DNA of 64,000 bases from Acidimicrobiales bacterium (lineage in GTDB: Bacteria; Actinomycetota; Acidimicrobiia; Acidimicrobiales; AC-14), in contig DATAAF010000005.1 of assembly GCA_036260255.1 (NCBI GenBank), positions 22,947 through 86,946 on the forward strand, in the 5' to 3' direction. The notes below the pieces were generated by a model. That model ran no database searches, was not told the origin of the DNA, and saw only the letters and a list, made by a program, of their open reading frames with translations. Both the position numbers and the translations under genes were made by a program. Shown in pieces: positions 63,808-64,000 of this stretch. The stretch's first letter is position 1, and every line of letters begins with the position of its first letter.

Positions 63808-64000
63808 GTGGAAGATGCACGCTCGACGACCGACGGGCCGTCGGGAGGTACAGATTCGACCGGGCAGTCGGACATCACGACGGCACCAGACGGCCACGCG
63901 CACGACCGGCGGACCACCCGCGTCGTGCTCGTCGACGCCCGCCCCGACCGTCGCTCGGTCATGAGGCAGACGTTCGAGCACTCCGACGTCATGGCGACCG
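63808..64000 (+). CDS. Possible start of a response-regulator-like protein (runs off the window)
   Basis: Open frame from GTG at 63808 to the window end: ..RRTTRVVLVDARPDRRSVMRQTFEHSDVMAT resembles a receiver-domain N-terminus, with VDA instead of the usual VDD. Too short to be sure. Confidence 0.25.
   Translation, partial: MEDARSTTDGPSGGTDSTGQSDITTAPDGHAHDRRTTRVVLVDARPDRRSVMRQTFEHSDVMAT

Overview
High-G+C actinobacterial-type chromosome segment; a WhiB regulator, QcrCAB, LAxTG-like sorting signals and dominant GTG starts support that assignment. Most of it is core metabolism. The main blocks, in order: (1) A Liv-type ABC importer with fused ATPase and fused permease genes, an ECF sigma unit, and a sortase-type surface protein. 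(2) Two large cobalamin operons. A minus-strand operon (cobU-cobS-cbiB-cobD-cobQ-cobN-chlID, 20281 to 10298) sits behind a clear cobalamin riboswitch. A plus-strand corrin-ring operon (cbiA-L-F-D-ET-GH-fdx-cbiC-cbiX-cbtB-cbtA, 25719 to 35284) has almost no intergenic space. (3) An apparent insertion (21.2-23.2 kb) carrying a 542-aa ORF of unknown function. (4) A gap-free nine-gene ctaCDE-x-ctaG-qcrCAB-x respiratory operon. (5) Assorted housekeeping and envelope genes (MscS, MscL, desaturase, lipid kinase, O-methyltransferase, WhiB). (6) From about 59.3 kb to the end, a visibly less G+C-rich, decaying accessory stretch. It holds a multiply disrupted PP2C phosphatase, a tRNA-3'-end-like fragment, a Phd/VapC pair, a frameshifted membrane protein and a TGA-interrupted zinc-ribbon ORF. 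Many long ORFs in the supplied track are G+C-driven antisense artefacts or carry false N-terminal extensions. I trimmed starts by hand, usually to GTG/ATG codons that overlap the previous stop. I found no convincing complete novel multi-gene system. The most unusual sequence-level signals are an inverted pair of a 40-nt hairpin element bracketing cbiB, the mix of early- and late-type cobalt chelatases, the 542-aa insertion, and the degraded island. Family names come from motif recognition by eye, not from searches.
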